Assembly: GCA_003153395.1 (NCBI GenBank) | Contig: PLYP01000005.1 | Span: 21,701-85,700, forward strand | Length of the DNA: 64,000 nt | Direction of reading: 5' to 3' | From: Candidatus Saccharimonadota bacterium | Lineage (GTDB): Bacteria > Patescibacteriota > Saccharimonadia > Saccharimonadales > UBA4665 | Shown: positions 37,264 to 46,344 of the stretch, one piece after another | Layout of the letters: each line of letters opens with the position of its first letter | Numbering within the stretch: position 1 is the first letter of the stretch | Position numbers and translations under genes: made by a program | The notes under the pieces: generated by a model | Databases searched by the model: none | The model's input: only the letters and a program-made list of their open reading frames with translations | Told to the model about the DNA's origin: nothing

Positions 37264-37926
37264 TTAGCTAATTTCTTTAGAATTATTCGCTACTATATTT
37301 AGGTTTAGGCCTACGAGTAACAGCGATAAACCGGACAATATTAAGTAAATTTGTTGAGTCAGATGAGCATTTCCGCTCGATACCGCAAACACAATAAACA
37401 GCAAACCCGCGAAAGACCATATAAGTAGAGATAACGTCGTAAATATTTGTACTAAATGATGTGACTTGTTGCTCCTGGCGTAGCTATTTACTGAGATCAA
37501 GCTTACTAGAAGCCCTATTGCCGCAATCGCACTAGTTAGCGCATCAAGACCTAATCCTCTGCCTTGATCAGCACCGCACCTTAATATTGGCGTAACGCTA
37601 CACTCTGAAGGAAGTAAGGCGCTGATAATTGTAAACGCCCCAAAGATTAGTAATCCGAGAAGCGTGAATTTTAAAGCTTTGGTATTTAATTTAGGCCATA
37701 ATTTTATTCTAAAAGTTAAAAATACGATTATTAGCGATAAACCAGTTAACACATCCCCAAGTATAAAAATCCAGAAATATGGGTGGCCAACTACTTCTAG
37801 GTCACTAGCAAGTCCCCCGTGAGCCGTTGGATTGTTTAACAAATAGCCTAACGGCCAGGAATTATAGAATAACCCCGCAAGGGCACATAGAAGAAGTACA
37901 AGTTTAGCATTTTTTTGTTTAGACAT
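37264..37926 (-). CDS. DUF998-family membrane protein
   Basis: FYNSWPLGYLLNNP...ASDLEVVGHPYFWIFILGDVLTG is the typical DUF998 N-terminal signature. 6 TM helices. Confidence 0.6.
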   Translation of the reverse strand: MSKQKNAKLVLLLCALAGLFYNSWPLGYLLNNPTAHGGLASDLEVVGHPYFWIFILGDVLTGLSLIIVFLTFRIKLWPKLNTKALKFTLLGLLIFGAFTIISALLPSECSVTPILRCGADQGRGLGLDALTSAIAAIGLLVSLISVNSYARSNKSHHLVQIFTTLSLLIWSFAGLLFIVFAVSSGNAHLTQQIYLILSGLSLLLVGLNLNIVANNSKEIS

Positions 37927-38331
37927 TACTTTAGTCTATATCTGTTTATTTTTAGTGCCTATGTATATTATACCTTATACAAGAGATAATTTGCTTGATT
38001 TAACAGTGTATTTAAGATACATGTATAGATGCTTTCAGCAAAAACAAATATAAGTTAGGTTAAATATAATAGTGAACTGGCTGCATAACTGGACCTAATA
38101 AAGGATAGCGATCATAAAAGGTTCGAACCGTTTTAATCATCACACTAAGCTTAACTAGCTACCATTGTTTAAAGCAATACTTGCGACCATATTCCAAAAT
38201 CCACATACTTTTGTTAAGGCAGCTATTCTATGTCAATGTAAGTTTCTTTACAGTTTAATTCCCATATTAGCAATAGTATTACTAACTAGAGTTTAATGCT
38301 TCATCAAATATTTATGAAGCAAGGAGGGTGT

Positions 38332-38823
38332 ATGACTAGGTTAATTCAGTTATTGTCTTTATCCAGTCTGATAATATTATTTATTGGTTGTTTGATTATG
38401 CCCGCAATGCCATTATTCTGGCTAGCATCATCCTCTCTCAAACTCATGATAATACGTTTTCTTTTTATAGCACTACTGGGCATCATAGTTTTTATGGGTA
38501 CACCAAAAAATATGACTATAAGAACAATAATTGGTCTGTTTGCTAGCTTGCTGGCGATATGGGCGTTATCTTCAACTTATAATGAATCTATCCAAGCACT
38601 AGATGGGTTGGCATTCGCGTCTGTAGGTATCGCTTTGCTGCTTAGTTCTCTTGAGCCGGCCGAGGAATCTCAAATAAATTGGAATGGTGCTATAAGCCTT
38701 ATTGCACCTCTCACGGTTCCTCTGCAACGTAGGGCTGCGGTATATATGGTAGTTATGTTTATGGCAATAGGTTTAATAGGTCAGGACTACCAAGTTAGTC
38801 TAATTAAACAAGCACTTCAATAA
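38332..38823 (+). CDS. membrane protein, unknown function
   Basis: The internal ATG at 38332 follows a strong SD, AAGGAGGG. The ORF track starts at 38296. 4-5 TM helices. Confidence 0.45.
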   Translation: MTRLIQLLSLSSLIILFIGCLIMPAMPLFWLASSSLKLMIIRFLFIALLGIIVFMGTPKNMTIRTIIGLFASLLAIWALSSTYNESIQALDGLAFASVGIALLLSSLEPAEESQINWNGAISLIAPLTVPLQRRAAVYMVVMFMAIGLIGQDYQVSLIKQALQ

Positions 38824-38836
38824 GTAAACCCTTTGC

Positions 38837-39349
38837 TTAATTTGTAGTAGTACCGGAGGTAGGAGGTGTTGTGCTACCACTAGCGCCACCACCGCCAAAA
38901 CTCGGGTTTACTAAAATTCGAGATGCATTGGTAGTATTGGTCGTATCCTCAGATACAAAAACAATTTCACCACTTTGAATATCAGTCGTTGTAACGGTCT
39001 GTCCGGCGTCACTTATTTGTGTCGAGGATGTAATATTTAGAGTTACTGTAGTTCCACTTCTATTTAAAACGGAAATACTTGTGGGCGATATGGCACTGAC
39101 AGTCCCGACTACTCTATTTCCTCCACCAAACCTGCCTCTGCCTCCAACTCCAATACCGGACGCTAAAGCAGTCTGTTTAGACGTATTATGCTGTTTTTCG
39201 TATTGCGTTCCAGCAAAAAAGCTAACAGCTATTGCTACTACTAAAACTACTATGGCTATAGCTAACTTATTGCTAGTAAATGTACTAGCGGCAGTGGTTT
39301 GAGTACTTGCTGTTCTTATGTGCTCTTCACCTGATATAACCTTTTCCAT
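38837..39349 (-). CDS. membrane-anchored secreted protein, last gene of the MacB-type ABC operon
   Basis: N-terminal anchor helix, a Gly/Arg stretch GVGGRGRFGGGNR, a beta-rich domain, and a GGGGASGS tail. 14 nt downstream of the ATPase gene. Confidence 0.55.
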   Translation of the reverse strand: MEKVISGEEHIRTASTQTTAASTFTSNKLAIAIVVLVVAIAVSFFAGTQYEKQHNTSKQTALASGIGVGGRGRFGGGNRVVGTVSAISPTSISVLNRSGTTVTLNITSSTQISDAGQTVTTTDIQSGEIVFVSEDTTNTTNASRILVNPSFGGGGASGSTTPPTSGTTTN

Positions 39350-39363
39350 TAAATTTCCCTCAT

Positions 39364-40041
39364 TTACTTATTACGCTTATCCAATTTGCCGTCTTTTAAC
39401 TTAAATACGCTGTCAGTTTTACCTGCTATTGCTTGGTCGTGAGTAACGACTATAATTGTCGTTTTCTCGGTTTTAGATAATGAGTGCAATAGATCAAATA
39501 TCATTTCCCCTGTCTGCGAGTCTAAGTTGCCAGTGGGTTCATCTGCAAGAATCAGCTTTGGATTATTAGCAAGTGCTCGAGCAATAGCAACTCTTTGCTG
39601 CTCTCCGCCTGATAGTTTTGCAGGCTTTCGTTTCTGTTTATCTGCTTTTAGCCCAACTTGATCCAGTAGTTTTTGTGCTCTTTTTTGTCTTTCGTTTTTA
39701 CTAACGCCTCCGAACTCCATAGGCAGCATTACATTTTCTTTAGCGGTCAAGTTTGGAACTAAGTTATACCCTTGGAACACAAAGCCAATTCTCTGGCACC
39801 GATATTTAATTAATTCTCTATCGTGAAGAGAAGTTATATCTTGGCCGTCTACTTTTATTTCGCCGCTAGTTGGCTTGTCTAAAGCTCCTAATAAGCTAAG
39901 TAGCGTTGACTTACCGCTACCACTTCGACCAACAATAGAAGCAAATTCACCGTCCTTTACATCGATACTAATTCCGTTTACTGCGGCAACTATAGTGTCG
40001 CCGGATTTGAATGACTTTTTCAGATTCTTTACTTGTAACAT
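39364..40041 (-). CDS. ABC transporter ATP-binding protein (MacB/LolD-type)
   Basis: Walker [10 protein letters not shown], signature [15 protein letters not shown], Walker [12 protein letters not shown]. Confidence 0.93.
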   Translation of the reverse strand: MLQVKNLKKSFKSGDTIVAAVNGISIDVKDGEFASIVGRSGSGKSTLLSLLGALDKPTSGEIKVDGQDITSLHDRELIKYRCQRIGFVFQGYNLVPNLTAKENVMLPMEFGGVSKNERQKRAQKLLDQVGLKADKQKRKPAKLSGGEQQRVAIARALANNPKLILADEPTGNLDSQTGEMIFDLLHSLSKTEKTTIIVVTHDQAIAGKTDSVFKLKDGKLDKRNK

Positions 40042-40042
40042 T

Positions 40043-41425
40043 TTATTCGCTCCTCAATACTTCTGCAGGTCTTACTTTAGATATAAATAGGGATACTACC
40101 CCACTGCCAATTAATGCGATCACTATAGCGGCTATAAAGCCGTCAATAATGATGTTCCAACCAACAGCTGCATGGATGCTGCTGAAGTTATTTCTTACAA
40201 AACCGAATGCACCACGTCCTCCTCCACCTACTCGTGGACCACCACCTCCTCCAACACCTGGCGTACCCGTTGAAGTTGAGTTAGTGACAAGCAGTCTGGT
40301 TATAGGATTGGCAGCAACTGCGCCCAGGGCCATGCCGATTGCTGATCCCATTAGAGTGAGCGTTACTGCTTCTGTCATAAATTGAATAGCAATTCGGAGG
40401 TTTGAGGCCCCAATGGCTTTCAATACTCCGATCTCTCTGGTTCGTTCCCGCACAATCATTACCATAGTAAGCAGTATTATTATTCCCCCGGCAATAATCG
40501 CACCTATCAAACTGTATAGGGAGATACTCTTTACGCTGTTCAAAGGTTGGACTGCTTGATTTGCCTGATCGACTGAACTCACGACGTCAGCCGATGAGCC
40601 GAGAGTTGTCTTAATATTACTGGTAGCCGAGCTTAAATTATCTATTGAATCAATACTAGCAATGGCGCTCGTAACTTCGCCGCTTTGACCACTTAAGCGT
40701 TGTTCAGCTGGAAGCGAAATTATTACAGAATTCGATGCGCCGCGGTTAGTTGTAGTGAAAATTCCGGCAACCGTAAGGTTTGCTCCGTATGCAGCAAATG
40801 TAGATCCTACTTTTAGGTTATTCTTACTAGCCATATCTTGGCTTATTAATGAATTGTTTGAATCCAAGGATCCGTTAATAGATTTTCCTGAAGAAATAGT
40901 AATGTCGGTGCCATTTATCTGGTTTGGTGCAGTTGTTCCAATTATACTAATTGGTGGAGAGAAGTTAGCTGGCAGTCCTCCTCCACCCGATAAAAATAAT
41001 CTCCCTCCACCACCACCACCGCTATCTGGATTTAATGTAACCGGAGAGGATAGGCTAGTCTGATTGTTACTTGAAGACGAGTTGCCTCCACCAAAAGGAT
41101 TGCTCGTCTGCGAAGAACCAATGGTAGTCAAACGATCCGTTAGATTTTCACTTAGCTGAGTTACATGAGCTAGAGAATTTACTTTTGTAAGCTGCGAAGT
41201 AGTTAGAGCATTATTGACTTGGCTAAAATTACTAAATCCGGCAGGAGAAATAGTTACCGTATTTCCCACTGAGGCTTTTACGGCAACGATTTTATCCCCT
41301 ACTGCTTTGTTGGCAATGAGCATTGATAAAGCCAGGCCCATACTCAGTCCTAAAATTATTACTATAGAAGATGTTCTTATTATATTTCTAAAAGCGTTTC
41401 GTATTCCGCGGGTCACAGCATTCAT
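40043..41425 (-). CDS. ABC transporter permease, FtsX/MacB-type, with poly-Gly insertions
   Basis: TM1, a large extracytoplasmic domain and a C-terminal FtsX 3-TM bundle (REIGVLKAIGAS). Inserts: GGGGGGRLFLSGGGG and GVGGGGGPRVGGGGRG. Confidence 0.85.
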   Translation of the reverse strand: MNAVTRGIRNAFRNIIRTSSIVIILGLSMGLALSMLIANKAVGDKIVAVKASVGNTVTISPAGFSNFSQVNNALTTSQLTKVNSLAHVTQLSENLTDRLTTIGSSQTSNPFGGGNSSSSNNQTSLSSPVTLNPDSGGGGGGRLFLSGGGGLPANFSPPISIIGTTAPNQINGTDITISSGKSINGSLDSNNSLISQDMASKNNLKVGSTFAAYGANLTVAGIFTTTNRGASNSVIISLPAEQRLSGQSGEVTSAIASIDSIDNLSSATSNIKTTLGSSADVVSSVDQANQAVQPLNSVKSISLYSLIGAIIAGGIIILLTMVMIVRERTREIGVLKAIGASNLRIAIQFMTEAVTLTLMGSAIGMALGAVAANPITRLLVTNSTSTGTPGVGGGGGPRVGGGGRGAFGFVRNNFSSIHAAVGWNIIIDGFIAAIVIALIGSGVVSLFISKVRPAEVLRSE

Positions 41426-41511
41426 ATATTTTTAGTCCTTAATAATTGTTTTGTTAGCTGCAATGTATAAGGACCAGCTGAAGCTTAGCTGTAGCGAATA
41501 CGTATTTATCT

Positions 41512-41949
41512 TTACATAACGACTTTTAACCTCATGCATTTACTACAAAGGCCTTGAATTTCAATCTGATGCTTTGATGCTGAAAAATTATGCGTATCTG
41601 ATATTTGTATAATAAGCTTTTCCAGTTCATCATCCTCCCTAATAGGTATAACCCTGCCACAGTTCGTACAACTCAGATGATGGTGATGGTGTGCAAATTT
41701 ATCAGTTAGCTCGATCTTATACTTCCAGCCGAGATTGACTCGGTGAGCTACACCGATTTCCTCAAATAGATTAATAGTCCTATAAAGGCTAGCTCTGTCA
41801 AAACGATTCTTTCCAATTCTCAGCAAACTATTCATAGAAATAGGTTCTTGTCCTTTTAGTAAGTTGAACACTATTAGCCTGGTTTTAGTTACGCTGTGAT
41901 TATTGGTTCTAAGCGTAGTTTTAAAAAGCCTTATTGCGCTGTCATCCAT
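41512..41949 (-). CDS. Fur-family metalloregulator (Zur-like)
   Basis: Winged-helix N-domain, HHHHH, CTNCG...CSKC structural Zn site. Divergent from the metal ABC importer. Confidence 0.85.
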   Translation of the reverse strand: MDDSAIRLFKTTLRTNNHSVTKTRLIVFNLLKGQEPISMNSLLRIGKNRFDRASLYRTINLFEEIGVAHRVNLGWKYKIELTDKFAHHHHHLSCTNCGRVIPIREDDELEKLIIQISDTHNFSASKHQIEIQGLCSKCMRLKVVM

Positions 41950-41954
41950 GTAGC

Positions 41955-41966
41955 AATAATATTATT
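41955..41966. promoter_or_regulatory. candidate Fur/Zur box
   Basis: Perfect AT-rich palindrome AATAATATTATT, 6 nt upstream of the regulator start, in the 65-nt divergent region. It resembles the NATWAT-repeat Fur-box logic. Confidence 0.45.
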
Positions 41967-42014
41967 TTTGCGACATATTTGCAATATTTAGCTTTCGGCT
42001 AGTACTATAAAGTT

Positions 42015-42941
42015 GTGAAAAAGATTAACTTGAACGTATTAATCAGTGCGGGTTTTATAACTATATTTATATTAATTTTAGGGGTAGTATTTTTTAGCAG
42101 CAATAATAGTGCAGGCCATAAGTTGCCTATAAAAGTAGTTGCGGGAGAAAATTTTTGGGGAAATCTCGTATCACAATTGGGGGGCAATAAAGTCAGTGTA
42201 ACAAGCATCGTTTCAGATCCTAACGCAGATCCGCACGAATACGAAAGCAATACATCCAATGCCAGATCATTCGCAGCGGCCGATTATGTTGTCTTAAACG
42301 GCGCCGGATATGACAGCTGGGCAAATAAATTATTGAGCGCTAATCCCAGCAGCTCGCGTAAAGTTTTAACTATCGCCACTCTAATTGGCAAAAAAGACGG
42401 TGATAATCCCCATTTTTGGTACAGCCCAACTTACGTTAACGAGTCTATTAGCCAGATGAAAGCAGATTTAATTAAATTAGATCCTAAAGACGCGGGATAT
42501 TTTAATCAGCAATACATAGCTCTGCAAAAGTCACTAAGCGGTTACCAAAATAGGATTAAAAGCATTAAAGACAAGTACCAGTCAACTAAAGTTGCAGCAA
42601 CTGAAGATATATTTGCTTACTTAGCAGAAGCCTCGGGACTCAACCTAATATCACCACCACCATTTATACAGGCTGTGGCAGAAGGCAATGATCCTCCGGC
42701 TGATAGTGTGGTTTTATTCCAGCAGCAGCTTCAATCCAACGAGCCGAAAGTACTGGTATATAATGAACAAACAGTGACACCTCTTACAAATAATATTAAG
42801 CAGTTAGCAGCTCAGCAAAATATACCTATAGTTGGAGTCACTGAAACAATACAACCACCGGACACCAGTTTTCAGGATTGGATGAATTCGGAGCTAATTA
42901 ATTTAGAAAATGCATTAAATGCTCAGGCGTTAGGTAGATAA
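42015..42941 (+). CDS. metal (Zn/Mn) ABC transporter substrate-binding protein, cluster A-I (ZnuA/TroA-like)
   Basis: N-terminal anchor, DPHEYE and NPHFWYSP metal-site motifs. GTG start. Confidence 0.85.
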   Translation: MKKINLNVLISAGFITIFILILGVVFFSSNNSAGHKLPIKVVAGENFWGNLVSQLGGNKVSVTSIVSDPNADPHEYESNTSNARSFAAADYVVLNGAGYDSWANKLLSANPSSSRKVLTIATLIGKKDGDNPHFWYSPTYVNESISQMKADLIKLDPKDAGYFNQQYIALQKSLSGYQNRIKSIKDKYQSTKVAATEDIFAYLAEASGLNLISPPPFIQAVAEGNDPPADSVVLFQQQLQSNEPKVLVYNEQTVTPLTNNIKQLAAQQNIPIVGVTETIQPPDTSFQDWMNSELINLENALNAQALGR

Positions 42942-42942
42942 T

Positions 42943-43752
42943 TTGTCAGAAGCGCCCAAAAAAGATGACCTGGTTATTAGTGCCAAGGGTTTAAGTGTAG
43001 GCTATGGCCCAAATGTAATATGGCAAGACGCTAGTTTCTCTGTAAGAAGAGGAGAATTTATAGGCCTTCTAGGTCCCAATGGATCGGGTAAGACCACACT
43101 CTTTAGATTACTTCTCGGCCTCACCAAACCGCTGACTGGTAGTATAAAAATTTTAGACGAAGAATTAAGACGAGGAAATCCAAAAATTGGTTATGTACCT
43201 CAAAGACGCCTACTAGATAGTGAATCAAGGCTACATGCATTAGAGTATGTAATTTTGGGAATAGACGGCAATAAGTATGGCATTAGCCTTTTTAGAGCTA
43301 AAGCAAATAGAAATGAGGCGATTGAAGCATTAAGATTGGTTGACGGCTTAGCTTTTGCCTACAAACCTCTGAGTGAATTATCCGGAGGCGAGCTACAGAA
43401 AGTTTATTTAGCACAAGCACTGGTTGGTCAGCCCGAGCTCCTGTTGCTTGACGAGCCTCTGGCAAATTTGGATATACGCAGAAGTAACGAACAGATAAGG
43501 CTAATAAAAACAATCACTGAAAAAAACAACATCGCGGTACTACTTATTGCTCACGATATTAACCCGCTACTTCCAGTAGTTGACAGGATTATTTATATAG
43601 CTAATAAAAAGGTGGTATCCGGATCCATAGATCAGGTAATTTCAAGCGAAAGACTATCTAACTTATATAATTCACCTATCGAAGTACTTAAGGATTCTAA
43701 AGGAAGATTAGCGGTATTGGGAGTAGAGGAAGCCATACATCATGATGAATAA
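42943..43752 (+). CDS. metal ABC transporter ATP-binding protein
   Basis: GPNGSGKTTLF, LSGGELQKVYLAQAL, LLLDEPLANLD. Confidence 0.9.
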   Translation: MSEAPKKDDLVISAKGLSVGYGPNVIWQDASFSVRRGEFIGLLGPNGSGKTTLFRLLLGLTKPLTGSIKILDEELRRGNPKIGYVPQRRLLDSESRLHALEYVILGIDGNKYGISLFRAKANRNEAIEALRLVDGLAFAYKPLSELSGGELQKVYLAQALVGQPELLLLDEPLANLDIRRSNEQIRLIKTITEKNNIAVLLIAHDINPLLPVVDRIIYIANKKVVSGSIDQVISSERLSNLYNSPIEVLKDSKGRLAVLGVEEAIHHDE

Positions 43753-44620
43753 TATTGCTGTTATATTTAGCTGGAACATATGGAATGATCTTCAAGATAT
43801 GTGGCAATACCCGTTTATGAGACATGCTTTTGAAGCTGGTACTGTTGTTGCAATCGTTGCTGGGATAGTAGGTTATTTCGTAGTAATACGTAGGCTTTCT
43901 TTTGCCGCTCATGCCTTATCTCATATAGGCTTTGCCGGTGCTGCGGGAGCCGTACTAGCGGGTATAAATCCTCTCCTAGGTTTAATAGGTTTTACAGCCG
44001 GAGGAGGACTGGCTATGGCGGGACTGGGAAGAAAAGCAGCCAGCCAGGACGTCCAGATTGGCACAGTTCTAGCATTCATGCTTGGACTTGGCGTACTATT
44101 TATCAGTTTATATAAAGGCTATGCAACAGAGGCATATTCGATTTTATTTGGAGAAATATTAGGTATAAGTACCGGCGATGTGTGGCTGACCGCCTTTTTT
44201 GGATTAATAATAGTGGTTGTGGTGACAACTATGTACAGAAGGCTGCTCTTTACATCACTAGATGAGGATGTAGCGGAAGCAAAAGGAACATCGCTGCTTG
44301 GAACAAGTATAGTCTTTATGTTAATACTTGCTTTGGCAACTTCTATGTCAGTTCAAGTCGTAGGCGTGCTATTAATCTTTGCGCTTATGGTGACACCCGC
44401 GGCAATTGCTCAGAGACTTGCATATAAACCAAGTCAAGGGATTGCTATAGCTGTAATATGTTCACTCCTTGCGACATGGGTCGGCTTATTCGCTTCGTAT
44501 TATTTGCCGTACCCAGTAAGCTTTTTCATCGTTACTTTCATTTTTTCAATATATGTTTTGGTTAGATTAATTCAAGCATTTTCACATAGACAAAAGAAAA
44601 CGTTAATAAAGTCTATATAA
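43742..44620 (+). CDS. metal ABC transporter permease (ZnuB/TroC-like)
   Basis: ABC-3 family pattern (FMRHAF..., 8-9 TM helices). 11-nt overlap with the ATPase gene. Confidence 0.88.
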   Translation: MMNNIAVIFSWNIWNDLQDMWQYPFMRHAFEAGTVVAIVAGIVGYFVVIRRLSFAAHALSHIGFAGAAGAVLAGINPLLGLIGFTAGGGLAMAGLGRKAASQDVQIGTVLAFMLGLGVLFISLYKGYATEAYSILFGEILGISTGDVWLTAFFGLIIVVVVTTMYRRLLFTSLDEDVAEAKGTSLLGTSIVFMLILALATSMSVQVVGVLLIFALMVTPAAIAQRLAYKPSQGIAIAVICSLLATWVGLFASYYLPYPVSFFIVTFIFSIYVLVRLIQAFSHRQKKTLIKSI

Positions 44621-44627
44621 GATAACT

Positions 44628-46157
44628 TTAGGTGTGGACAATAACGGGCGTTCCAATAGGCGCCCAGCTATAAATCCAAGACGCATCATCGTCTCCTAAA
44701 CCTACGCAGCCGTGTGAACTATTTACGTTGCCGAAGTAACTTGTTGGACGCCAGTAATTGCCGTGGATAGCATAATCTTTATAAAAATAATTTATCCAAG
44801 GAACATGAGGCTGAAAGTAACTACTTCCATCAACATTTTCGCCTTGCATATCCTGGGTGGTAAACTTTGAATATATTGCGAATTGACCAGTTACTGTTGG
44901 CGTAGCTGGCGCACCGGCGGTTACTAAATCTGTAGTTACTAAATTGGTAAATTCGTAGGCATAAAGTCTTTTATTGGTTGTGTCGACTTCTATCCATTTA
45001 GGATAATTGCCGGCGGTTATAGTTTCAAAGGGTTGGGTATTTATAGGCAGAGTCTCGCTTATACCCTTGCTGCTTAATAAATCGCTGGCAACTCTTGTTG
45101 CGATAGCATTTTCATTAGTTACACTTATTCCATTAACTCCAGGTACTAGTACCTGGGTAGTGCCGTTATTACTGACCATTACTTGAGCTTTAGCCGGATG
45201 AGTAATTGGCGAGGCAATACTATCAATATAGGCAAGAACTTTACCACTATTAACAGTTATAGCGACTTTCTTGGTTTTGTCGTTAGGCGTAATCTCTAGC
45301 CAGTTTGCTATATCACTCGCTGATGCAGTTATAGTTTGTCCGCCAACAACAAAGCTGGCATTTTGATTCAGGGTGCTGCTAAGCGTAGTTTTGTATGGCG
45401 CTAATTCGTCCGCTGTTAAAGCCGGGTTAACAGCAAGAGTTTGAAGCTTTATAGGGCTAGTGTTTAAATCTGTGGCCGTGTTTATTAATGAGCTGGCGCC
45501 ATTAATTAAACCGTATTGTTTACCTGTGACTGCACCAACAATACTTATTTTACCTCCGGTAATACTTAAACTGGCGTCTTGCGATGGTTGCACAGTAATT
45601 TGCGTCGAGGTATTTATAAAACTATTAAACATTGCTTCATTCTTATTGAAAATTAGGCTTACTTTAATAGGACGCCACCACATAAGTAGATTAGTAAGTC
45701 TATGCTCGCTGCCGTGCATGGAGCTGAGAGTTTTTTTAGAGTTAAGGTCTAATCCTAGATTAGATAAACCATAATATTTTTTTGTACCATTTGGGTAAGC
45801 GACTGTTAACTTATAGGCTTTTATTTGATTATTTATTTTACTTATTAAGGCTGTGTCGCTTAAATTGCTTGAGTATGCCTTATTGGCTAGAGCAAATTTT
45901 GAAATAAACATAGCTCCGAACAACCAAATAATTAAAACGGCAGCTAATCCCGAAACCGAATATATTAGTAAGTGTTTTTGGTTTTTGGTTTTTTCTTGAT
46001 CGATGCTATCGGGTGCTACAGTATTTTCAGGCTCTTTTAAGTCCTCAACAATAGTTTTATCTGTTGAGTTATCTGCCTGCCCTTTAGTGATAACCTGCCC
46101 CAGCCACTGCTTTTTCTCGTCAATTGCTGGCTCAGATTCTTGGTCCTCGTCCGACAT
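44628..46157 (-). CDS. L,D-transpeptidase (YkuD domain) with an acidic cytoplasmic tail, TM anchor and long extracellular region
   Basis: C-terminal catalytic motif IHGNYWRPTSYFGNVNSSHGCVGL. Confidence 0.85.
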   Translation of the reverse strand: MSDEDQESEPAIDEKKQWLGQVITKGQADNSTDKTIVEDLKEPENTVAPDSIDQEKTKNQKHLLIYSVSGLAAVLIIWLFGAMFISKFALANKAYSSNLSDTALISKINNQIKAYKLTVAYPNGTKKYYGLSNLGLDLNSKKTLSSMHGSEHRLTNLLMWWRPIKVSLIFNKNEAMFNSFINTSTQITVQPSQDASLSITGGKISIVGAVTGKQYGLINGASSLINTATDLNTSPIKLQTLAVNPALTADELAPYKTTLSSTLNQNASFVVGGQTITASASDIANWLEITPNDKTKKVAITVNSGKVLAYIDSIASPITHPAKAQVMVSNNGTTQVLVPGVNGISVTNENAIATRVASDLLSSKGISETLPINTQPFETITAGNYPKWIEVDTTNKRLYAYEFTNLVTTDLVTAGAPATPTVTGQFAIYSKFTTQDMQGENVDGSSYFQPHVPWINYFYKDYAIHGNYWRPTSYFGNVNSSHGCVGLGDDDASWIYSWAPIGTPVIVHT

Positions 46158-46344
46158 ACACTGGTCTACCTTATGCTTAGTTTAACATTTAACGAGCTAT
46201 ATTAAACAGCTTTTTTAGGACCTAAAAGATCGCTACATATATTAATAATGCGTACATATTGGCATATCGTTAGCAGAGGATGTTCCGTGACGATTTTATA
46301 TTAAAGATAGGGAATATGCATCAGGTCGTTAAGCTGTCTGATTT

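Noticed and set aside
38120-38129. GGTTCGAACC T-loop-like sequence in the 369-nt gap, considered as a tRNA or tRNA fragment (att site)
   Set aside because: The flanking sequence cannot be folded into acceptor, D or anticodon arms. The decamer is simply a palindrome.
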